Source: Vezdaea acicularis (taxonomy: Eukaryota). Taken from it: a stretch of 20,000 bases of DNA. Positions 1 to 9,005 of the stretch are shown in pieces; position 1 is the first letter of the stretch, and the number at the start of each line of letters is the position of its first letter. The notes beneath the pieces were generated by a model. It was not told the DNA's origin and did no database searches. It saw only the letters and a list, made by a program, of their open reading frames with translations. The DNA is taken from NCBI GenBank assembly GCA_026025075.1, contig JAPEUI010000085.1:55440-75439 (forward strand), in the 5' to 3' direction. A program made the position numbers and the translations under genes.

Positions 1-204
1 TCTCAGACGACGCTGGAGAAGCACGAGGCGGAGCCGCCGCTGAAAGACGCGGATGGGCATAATGGCGAGCCGCTGAGTTGGGCGGAGAGGGGCGAGTTTA
101 GCGTCGGCCCCTTGACTGCAACGAGTGGTGAGAGCATCCCAAGTCCGTCCGGGTATAGGAAGCCGAGCTCGAGGGCGAGTACGTGGACGCCTGGGCAGAT
201 GTGA
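1..204 (+). CDS. 3' end of an unidentified protein-coding gene (partial, runs in from the left edge)
   Basis: Frame 1 is open from base 1 (SQTTLEKHEAEPPLKDADGHNGEPLSWAERGEFSVGPLTATSGESIPSPSGYRKPSSRASTWTPGQM) to TGA at 202-204. It is GC-rich and followed by a G-rich then AT-rich, 3'UTR-like stretch. No domain recognised. Confidence 0.55.
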   Translation, partial: SQTTLEKHEAEPPLKDADGHNGEPLSWAERGEFSVGPLTATSGESIPSPSGYRKPSSRASTWTPGQM

Positions 205-524
205 GAGGGGTTTGGGGTGAGAGCATCAGCGAAGAAGAGAGCTGGATTTTGTAATGGTATGTGGGACGGGGGTTATAGGGTGGCGTAAAGGAGCATGGGA
301 TATGGCATGGAATTGCATAGCATTGTATGCCACACATGAATGAAAAGTATGTTACAGCTATCCAATTTTTCATTCTCCGAGCGACCCTGTGTCTACCTCA
401 AGTCATATATTGAAGCAACCCCCGGTTTTCTCACAAATCCTCCCCCCCAAATTGACCCCCAAACCCGCTCCAAAAACAAGCCTTCCCGACTGCCAGGGAA
501 GCCCACCTAGAAAAAGGAGAATGC

Positions 525-530
525 AAAAAA
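525..530 (-). terminator. RNA polymerase III oligo-T terminator of the 5S gene
   Basis: A6 on the + strand (T6 on the - strand) directly abuts the 5S 3' end. Confidence 0.85.
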
Positions 531-649
531 CATACAACAGCACCGGATTCGCTTCTCGTCACCGACGAAACTACTAACAGGCCGATTTGAGGCTTATGGA
601 AGGCAGAGCGGACGGGATGCCCAGTTTTCCCCAATCTACGGTCGTATGT
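531..649 (-). rRNA. 5S rRNA gene (dispersed copy, sequence variant)
   Basis: The reverse complement reads ACATACGACCGTAGATTGGGGAAAACTGGGCATCCCGTCCGCTCTGCCTTCCATAAGCCTCAAATCGGCCTGTTAGTAGTTTCGTCGGTGACGAGAAGCGAATCCGGTGCTGTTGTATG (119 nt). It has the ascomycete 5S hallmarks: ACATACGAC...GTTGTATG terminal stem, CCCGTCCGCTC loop, TTAGTA, GTGA tetraloop and GCGAATCC. Confidence 0.95.
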
Positions 650-672
650 ACCAGGTGTGTCTCTTACTCGAA

Positions 673-679
673 TCATATA
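673..679 (-). promoter_or_regulatory. TATA-like element about -30 upstream of the 5S transcription start
   Basis: TATATGA on the - strand at -30 to -24 relative to 649. This is the position where Neurospora dispersed 5S genes carry a TATA-like element. Confidence 0.55.
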
Positions 680-776
680 CCTTGGGGAGTGGGAGGAAGA
701 GGAGGAGGAGGGAAGAGGGCTTGGGGTTGGAGATGGGGGGTTTGGGGTAATGGGGGGAATCTGAGGTAATCTTCAG

Positions 777-1502
777 GGAACGAGAAAAGTCGGGGTCAGG
801 TGCGCTCACATGAGCTTTCCACTTTTGCTTTGCATTGGGACACCCGCGATGTTGGAAAGTTGAGGGGATTTTCGACCGTGAGATTTCCCTACTTGGGGCA
901 TTGGGGAGGGTTGAGTTTGAACGCATGGAACGAGAACAGGTCTACGTCATGTGCCCTCATATGAGCCTTGAGATTTTGCTTTGCGTCAATACGATCGTGG
1001 AGGTGAAAAGTTGAGGGGATTTTCGACCGTGAGATTTCCTGTTTTGGGCATTGGGGAGAAGTTGAAGATGAACACATGGAACGCGGAAAGTTGGCGTCAT
1101 GTGCGCTCACATGAGCATTGAGATTTTGCTTTGCCTCAAGACGATCGTGGAGGTGAAAAGTTGAGGGGATTTTCGACCGTGAGATTTCCTGTTTTGGGTG
1201 TTGGGGAGAAGTTGAGGATGAACACATGGAACGTGAAAAGGTCTGCGTCATGTGAGAACACATGAGCCTTCCAATTGTGCTTTGCATCAAGACGAAAGTG
1301 GAGGGGGAGTGTTGAAGGGATTTCTGAGCATGAGATTTCCTATTCAGGGCATTGGACAGAGTTGAGGTGAACACTTGCTCTGCAAATGGAACGAGAAAAG
1401 TCATGGTAATGTGCTCTCACGTGAACCTTTCATTCTTGCTTTGCCTCAAGACTATTGTGGAGGTGAAAAGCTGAGAGTGTGTCTAGGTGTGGAACTTCCT
1501 AT
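777..1502. repeat. Tandem array of about five ~150-bp units
   Basis: The unit-start motif GGAACG occurs at 777, 927, 1078, 1228 and 1388 (periods 150, 151, 150, 160). The 33-bp block AAAGTTGAGGGGATTTTCGACCGTGAGATTTCC is identical in units 1-3. Units 4 and 5 are progressively more diverged. Confidence 0.93.
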
Positions 1503-2164
1503 CGAGTACCTGATACGTTGCGGTGCCATTCTTGAGCAATAATATTTAGATACTGGGACGCAAAGATAATTTTAAGCTTTGAGTCTACTTGGCTCAAGAT
1601 AGGATAACGTTCCATGCAAAAGAGCCAATTATCTGTTTTGTCAGTAGCTCGCACAATGCCTTTGAATATGTCTGGCTTGTGTGGTTTTGAGTCACTCTTG
1701 TCGTTCTTAAATATAGCAAAGCAGACGTTCTGTTCTCTATTACCAGGCGTTGCTTAAAGATCCGAGGACGATACTAAAAAGCACTAACGTTGGTCGGTGA
1801 AGGTCTGGGAAGGCTAGCTCTAATACTTTCGTTATCCATGTTGGCGTCGAGATTTCTACGGGTCTCACTCTACTAAGGAAAGTTTATTCATGCAGTATGG
1901 ACGTTGCGTTGGATTTTAATTGAAAACGGGATGTTGTTACCACTGTATTTAAGGAGACGAAGTTTTTTGGAAGTGGCTACAATAGCATTGCTTAAACGCG
2001 ATTGCGAGCGCGCTTATCTGAATCAATGGCAAAGCGCCATCTAGTTTTCAGCCTTGCCAAGATGGGATCTCTCAAGATCACTTGTCTGCACACGATTGGC
2101 TTTTATCCACAGTCCCGGCCTTCGGATCAAGGTCTCCTAAACTCTACTGACGAAGTGTCAAGAA

Positions 2165-5100
2165 ATGGATCACACAGCTGAGGGTCCATTCGGGCTTCAT
2201 ATCGTTTACGATCCGCCAGGAGCAAATGTCGAGTAAGTGCAAGGGAGTTGGTGCTTCTGACTCTCTGACTTGGTAAAACAGCATCATTGCTGTCCATGGC
2301 TTAGGATCAAATCCTAAATACGCATGGACTAGAAAAATTAAAGATGCCGAAGGAGAGCGTGAGGTTAAATGGCTGGAAGATTCTGATCTTCTTCCAGCAG
2401 CGATACCAAATGCTCGGATATTCACATTTGGCTATGAATCAAAGTGGCATAAAGACGCCGCTTGGCAACGACGCTCTCTCTGCGCTGTCCAGTTACTCGA
2501 TGCTCTTTATGCAAAGAGGCAACAGGTATATCTATCGTGGTTCGATAGACTCATTTACCTAGTTGATGAATGTTATAGGAAGAAGAAACTAAATACAGGC
2601 CTCTGATCTTTATCGGTCATAGTTTTGGTGGTGTTGTCATTGAACAGGTATTGAGGCCCCCAATACTTCTTGCAAGTCCACTAATATTTCAGGCCCTTGT
2701 CGATGCAAGTCAGCATGATGGACCTTTCCTACATCTTTCGATGTCTACGATTGGTATCGTCTTCCTAGGTACACCCCACCGTGGGACTGAAGCTGCTAAA
2801 TGGGGGGAGCTTATTGCAACCTCTGGACAGTTACTTGGTCTCGGCTCAGAAACAAGAATCCTTCAGGACTTAAGGAAGGACTCTCTTAACTTGGTTGATC
2901 TCTTATACTCGTTCACGCAATGGCTATTTAGATTTTCGGTCCCTATAGTATGCTTCTTTGAGAAACATAAAACAGACTTCGGAAAGAAGACCGACGAGGG
3001 AAAGAGATGGAGGCTTTCTTGGAAGGAGTTGGTGAGCCTGCTTGGCGCTAACATCATATCGATAAGCTAATTCCTTTATTCTTAGGTTGTAGAGGAAAGA
3101 TCAGCGTGTATCGACGGCCACAGAAAAGTGCCTGTGCAAACAGATCACTTGATGATCAACAAGTTTAGCGGTCCAAATGATGAGTCCTACAAAATCATCT
3201 TAAGCGTTCTTCAGGATATGATCAAGAGAGCGAATGAGAAGATCCAAGCCCGTCTTAATCGTATGATGTCCTGCTTGCCATGAGATTTCCAAGCTGATTC
3301 GGCCATAACTAGCCCATCAGATTATCAAGGACAATTCAAGTAAGCAGATGCTCCTTTATGGATAGATGGATATTCCTGACTTGGCCTTCAGTTGTACCGC
3401 CAGAAAATTTGCAGTGCCTACAAGCATTGTTTGGCTCAAATGATCCAACATCCTTTCGTTCCATTGATCCAAGGGATGTTCTATCTGCAATCCATCGGAA
3501 CAAAGGGGATCTCGTTTCCGGAACATGCGAGTGGTTGCTTGATCGAGAAGAATACGTTGCCTGGCTTAATGATGAGAATATTTCCGTTCTTTGGTTGCTG
3601 GGAGGACCTGGAACGGGAAAGACTATGTTGAGCAGTTTTCTGGTTGATAAGCTAGAGGAAAGATTACAGAGGACACCTAAAACAATTCTGGTATACTTTT
3701 TCTGTGATAACAAAGACGCAAATCGAAATAGGGATACAGCAATTCTTCGAGGACTCATGCTTCAGATACTTCGTCAACTGCCTAGTCTTTTCAAACACAT
3801 CCAAGAAGATTATGAATTACAGCCGCTTGCAATGTTTGAAAACTTTGACACGCTTTGGAGAATATTTCTCAACATGCTCAAAGATTCTGGTAGAAGTACA
3901 ATATACATTCTCCTGGATGCTCTAGACGAATGTGAACCGCAGTCACGTTCGAATCTTGTTCGAGCTATGAGCAAGTTATCGACTCTATCTCGAATTAAAG
4001 GGCAATTCAAACTCTTAATAACCTCTCGACCGAGTCCGGAATCAAACAACCCATCAGAGTATGAAAGGCAACTTCATGTTGATTCCGCCAAAATTGACAA
4101 AGATCTTGACAAGTTCATCGAGGCAAGAGTGGCCGAGCTACCAAATAAATGGCCGGCCACGTTAATCCGAGATATAAAAGATGCAATGATTGAAAAAAAA
4201 GGAGGAACATTCTTATGGATATCTTATGTACTCGATGATCTATCTAAGACAAAGAACCTTCGGCTGGTCAAAGAAAAACTTCGAGCACTACCTGCAGGGC
4301 TAAAAGAAGTCTATGACCAAATCCTTGACAGGATAGACAAAGATTGCAGAGATGACGCAAAACTCGCGTTGAGATGGGTCGTGGGTGCCCGACGACCTCT
4401 CACTGTGGGAGAGTTTAGAGTTGCGCTTGGCTACTCATCTGCTACTGTTATGGAAGAAAACGGTCTGCCATCTTTCAATGAAGTAGAAGGACGCGAAACT
4501 GCTGTCGATTTTTGTGAAAATTTACTCTACCATGACGCAGAAACAGATACCATCAACCTGTACCACGAATCTATAAAGGACTATCTACTCAGCAAACATG
4601 TTGAACACCACGAGTACCACTCTGATTTTTCAGTTAACACAGAAGAGACCAATCTACATATTTTTGAGGTTTGCTGGCGTTACCTCAGTTCGAAGGAATT
4701 TCACTATGGTCGTTCAATCATCGAGAATATCGATGGGCAACTTCGTTCAACAGATATAATTTCTAGATCCAAATCTAATATAATCTATGAATTTCTTGGC
4801 TACGCCGTGTATGAATGGTTCAAGCATGCGCTTGCACTTCAGCGAACCTTTTTAAGGGACGATAAGTTGGACTATCTTGCTCTCGAGCGATCGTCTACTT
4901 TACGAGATCATTGGCTGCTTGAGGCGGCAAAGGTAGGACAGGAGCCAGTTATTCTGAAATTACTCGAGAAAGGGGCCAACGTCTATGCTAGGGACAGCTA
5001 CGGAGGGACGGCCCTGTACCTGGCAGCTGTAGAAGGGCACGAAGCCGTGGTGCGGCTGCTGCTGGAGAACGGAGCCGACGTCGAAGCCGGGGACGACGAT

Positions 5101-5979
5101 GGAGGGACGGCCCTGTACGTGGCAGCTGAGAGAGGGCACACAGCCGTGATACGGCTGCTGCTAGAGAAGGTGGCCGATGCCGATGCTAGGGGCAACAAGG
5201 GATGGGCGGCCCTAAGAGGGGCAGCTCAGGGAGGGCACGAGGCCGTGATGCGGCTGCTGCTGGAGAATGGAACCGACATCGAAGCCAGCAACAACCAAGG
5301 ATTTACGGCCCTATCTTGGGCAGCTGAGAGAGGGCACGAGGCCGTGGTGCGGCTGCTGCTGGAGAACCGAGCCGACATCGAAGCCAACAACAACCACGGA
5401 TTCACGGCCCTATCTTTGGCAGCTGAGAGAGGGCACGAGACCGTGGTGCGGCTGCTGCTGGAGAACGGAGCCGACATCGAAGCCAAGGACGACGATGGGG
5501 GGACGGCTCTATGCAGAGCGGCTAACGAAGGGCACGAGACCGTGGTGCAGCTGCTGCTGGAGAAAGGGGCCAACGTCGATGCTAGGGGCAGCTACGGAGG
5601 GACGGCTCTATGCGGAGCGGCTAACGAAGGGCACGAGGCCGTGGTGCGTCTGCTGTTGGAGAACGGGGCCGACGTCAATGCCAGGGGCCGCGACGGAATG
5701 ACGGCACTAGAAGGGGCGGCTTGGAGAGGGCACGAGGCCGTGGTGCGGCTGCTGCTGGAGAATGGAGCCAACGTCGAAGCCAGGGACGACGAGGGAAGGA
5801 CGGCCATATTTATGGCGGCCAGGGAAGGGCATGAGGCCGTGGTATGGATGCTACTAGAGAACGGAGCCGACGTCGATGCTAGGGACAGCTACGGAAGGAC
5901 GGCCCTATACCTCGCAGCACGGAGAGGGCATGAGGCTGTGATGCGGCTGCTGAGCTCAATATCAACACACAACACTTAA
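2165..5979 (+). CDS. Fungal NLR-like (STAND) protein: SesB-like alpha/beta-hydrolase + NACHT + ankyrin repeats, ~1169 aa
   Basis: Proposed exons are 2165-2232, 2282-2525, 2579-2647, 2693-3031, 3086-3260, 3313-3339 and 3392-5979. All six introns are GT..AG, 45-54 nt, and the frame is preserved (3510 nt). The N-terminus has DIIAVHGLG, ARIFTFGY, the RPLIFIGHSFGG nucleophile elbow, GIVFLGTPHRG and TDHLMINKF. The NACHT has Walker A GGPGTGKT, Walker B YILLDALDEC, LLITSRP and GTFLW. The C-terminus is ankyrin repeats. Confidence 0.92.
4963..5952 (+). repeat. Ten 99-bp coding tandem repeats (ankyrin array with high internal conservation)
   Basis: The marker GGGCA(C/T) recurs at exactly 99-bp spacing from 5035 to 5926. 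Protein unit: GxTALxxAAxxGHEAVVRLLLENGADVEAxxxx. Confidence 0.95.
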
Positions 5980-6740
5980 CACTCCACCACCCGGCCCAAC
6001 CGACCCAACTCTACGACAGTTAGGCGGCTTTTATATTCGGCCCAATTGGCTATTATTAAATGAGTATGCCGCCGGCTATGACTTAAGGCCGCGCCTAGCT
6101 CCCCTCCCCGTCGAATTTGGCTGACTGCCTTCTAAACCGACGGAAGGTACTCCAATTCGTCGTTGTAGACGGGAATATGATGACAGTTGAGAGATATTGC
6201 GATGCAAGTTTCGCCGTCTACAAATGGCTGCCCTCATTTTCACGAACCCTCCGCCATCTATAGCTACCGTTGTAAGCCTTGTCAACCCGTCTCGTCATGG
6301 CCGTTCTATTAATGTACTGAAGTGTCTTGAGCACTTGTGCAATAGGGGGGAAAGGTCGGCCAGGGGAGTTGCTCGGTCTGGTGTGTTTGCCTATTTGGGG
6401 AAGGGGGGGATGTGTTCAACCCCTATGACTATGAATACGACACGGAGAAGTTCAAAAGTCTTTCGTTGTCAACGGGTTGTGCAGTCATGCGCTCAATGTC
6501 AGGCGACCGCGAGCAACTGCTCATCCCAAATGGTGATGCTTCCTTTGTATGGATATAGGGGGTTATGACAAAAGATAGGTTGCAGCAGGAGGCCATACAC
6601 CGCATTGATGGCGAGGTCATTGAGAAAACGAGTTACTTTGATTTCTGCACACCCAGATCGAAGTATGAAATCAACTATTCCAAAGCCACCCAAGTGCAGA
6701 GACTCGCATAAAACCACTATACCTCCCATGAACGATCCCT

Positions 6741-8677
6741 TCAAAGCCCGCCGACACCCGCTTTTGCCCCTTCAAGTTCCCTCGCCAGAATCCGCTCCGT
6801 CAGCCCAACAGGATGCGCCACAGCGCCCAGTCCGTCTCGCATCTCTCTCACCACATCCTCAAGGCCCAACTGCGCGTCCGTCCAGAGCGGGTCCTGGGGC
6901 TCCGAGTCGCGCACGCCAACGCCCACAAAGCCTCCCTGCGCCGCCCATTCCGTCGTTCGCTTGATGTCGAGTTTGTCCCAGACGCCTTCGACTGCTCGGA
7001 CGAGGTGCTCACGGAAGTCCTTGGTATGGCCTGGCGTAGGCGTGATACGCAGTCGCTCCTCACCGCGGGGCACGGTCGGATAGTTTATCGCTTGGACGTA
7101 AATGCCCCATTCTTCGAGGAGGAGATCCGAGGCTTTCTTCGCGACCTCGGCGTCTCCGACTAGTAGAGGGATGATGTGGCTTGGGTTGCGCATGACGGGG
7201 ATGTCTTTGCTCTCGAGCGCCTCTTTGACAGCTCGGGTGTGCAGTTGTTGGAGCCGACGGTCGCCTTGGTAGACCATTTGGTAATCGATTGCTCTCTTGG
7301 CGCCGGCCATGGTTGCGGGTGGGAGGGAGGTTGTGAAGATGAAACCCGGGGCTAGGGAGCGGATGGTGTCAATGAGGGCAGCGGAGCCGGCGATGTAACC
7401 ACCCACGCAACCATAGGCCTTTCCTAAAGTTCCAGTGATGATGTCGACTCGATCCATAACGGTCCCCCTTGGCTCTCCCCGGGTATGTGCATCGTAGTCA
7501 AGGTGTTCAGCGACGCCAGCACCGTGTGGGCCATACATGCCCACGGCATGGACCTCATCGAGAAAAGTCAGGGCGCCGTATTGCTCTGCCAAATCGCAGA
7601 TCTCAGAGATAGGGCCAATGGAGCCACACATGCTGTAGACGCTCTCGAAAGCGATGATCTTGGGGACGTTAGGAGGAAGGGATGCAAGCTTCGCTTCGAG
7701 GTCGACGAGGTCGTTATGCTTGAAGACAAGCTTCTTCGCGCCGCTATGTCGAATGCCTTGGATCATACTGGCATGGTTGAGACTGTCGCTCAGGATCACA
7801 CAGTCTGGTAATTTGGAGCCAAGGGTTGCAAGAGTGGCGTCGTTGGCGACATAGCACGAGGAAAAGACGAGCCCGGCTTCTTTGGCATGCAGTTTAGCTA
7901 TGGTCGATTCGAGAGCGACGGCATGCTGGTTGTGCCCGGAGATGTTGCGAGTGCCGCCAGCACCCGCGCCGTAGGTGTCGAGAGTTTCATGCATGGTCTT
8001 TAGGACATGAGGGTTGCGTCCCATTCCTAGATAGTCGTTGGAGCACCAGACCGTAACCCGTTCGTTCTTGGCCGACATATGGGCACGTGGAAACTCCTGC
8101 GCGAGACGGTTGATGTTATTGAAATAGCGATAGGATTTATCTTTGTGCTTCTTATCGAGTTCGGCGTTGTAGAAGCCCTCGTAATCAAACTTAGAGGCCG
8201 ATGATGCCGAGGGAGCAGCAGCCTTGGCTTGCGACTGAGGGTTGCGCACATTCTGTCCTGGATGCGGGAAGGGTGCTATGGAGATGTTCTAGTCAGCAAG
8301 TTGGCCTCATTTGCTTTCTTCCTTGCAATGAAGGTCGACTCTGACCACATTTGAGACTTACGTTTTTCCTGTTGTCCGAACAAGCCGACATCCAAAGCTC
8401 TAGCCTCCTTTGCACGAGAGGTATGCAGTCGCGCCCTGCCACCAGTATACGCCCTGGCATTGCCATAGACGCTCCCAATGCTTCCACGTTTGGCACTTTG
8501 GACAGCCATGGCCTTTCCCATCACCGGGCATCTCTTCGCCACGATCTGAAGATTGGACATAGTGCCGCCACCGGAAGAGACATTGCGATTGGAAGTCGAA
8601 AGTGAGCGAAGGGTGGCTGTAGAAGTCTTCTTCAGGAACGGACACATCGAGCGCGATTGGCGAAGAAGGACGTCCAT
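6741..8677 (-). CDS. HEM1: 5-aminolevulinate synthase, mitochondrial (heme biosynthesis), ~616 aa
   Basis: Exon 1 is 8677-8362, the intron is 8361-8276 (GTAAGT...GCTGAC...TAG) and exon 2 is 8275-6741. Motifs: presequence with CP heme-regulatory motifs (SMCPFL, RCPVM), [42 protein letters not shown], the PLP lysine in TGTLGKAYG, and [17 protein letters not shown]. Confidence 0.97.
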
Positions 8678-9005
8678 GATGAGAGAAGGTCAACTTGTGG
8701 TAAGCCACCGACTACGGGAATGGAGCGTCGGCACAGTGATACCTTGAAGCTAGTGGGATTATCACAGCTTCAGCGGAAAGATGGGGAAGATTGGGTGGTG
8801 TTTCGTTCAAATGAATGAAAGGAAGATCACTGGCGGCACAATTCCGATAGAGACCGAATGGATCCCGCCTCGATCGCGTTTGTGCGGGGAGCTGAGAAGG
8901 GAAATATGATCATCATGATTTCCCCGTTTTCCGGGGCACGCTAAGCTTCCTCGGGACAGTCTGAGAAACATGTCGATTTTAATTGGCTACTAACTAGAAA
9001 ACTCG

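Noticed and set aside
636..1404. Minus-strand ORFs over the 150-bp array with zinc-finger-like L..H...H repeats (KQNLKAHMRAH)
   Set aside because: There is no correctly spaced Cys pair. The His-x3-His pattern is a by-product of the CATGTG-N4-CACATG dyad, and periods of 151 and 160 break the frame.
777..1502. CRISPR-like interpretation of the array
   Set aside because: Units are homologous along their whole length with no unique spacers. The context is eukaryotic and there are no cas genes.
2165..2300. Amyloid signalling motif or adjacent HeLo/gasdermin effector partner for the NLR
   Set aside because: The N-terminus goes directly into the hydrolase fold, and no neighbouring effector ORF with an N/Q/G-rich motif was found.
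6120..6330. Possible ncRNA or C/D snoRNA between the NLR and HEM1 (ATGATGA at 6177, CTGA near 6317, 10-bp inverted repeat TTGTAGACGG/CCGTCTACAA at 6163-6223)
   Set aside because: No terminal stem or recognisable rRNA guide was seen, and such short motifs can occur by chance in 20 kb. An Rfam search would settle it.
6197..6568. 123-aa + strand ORF
   Set aside because: TTG start, no recognisable motif, and it lies between two convergent 3' ends.
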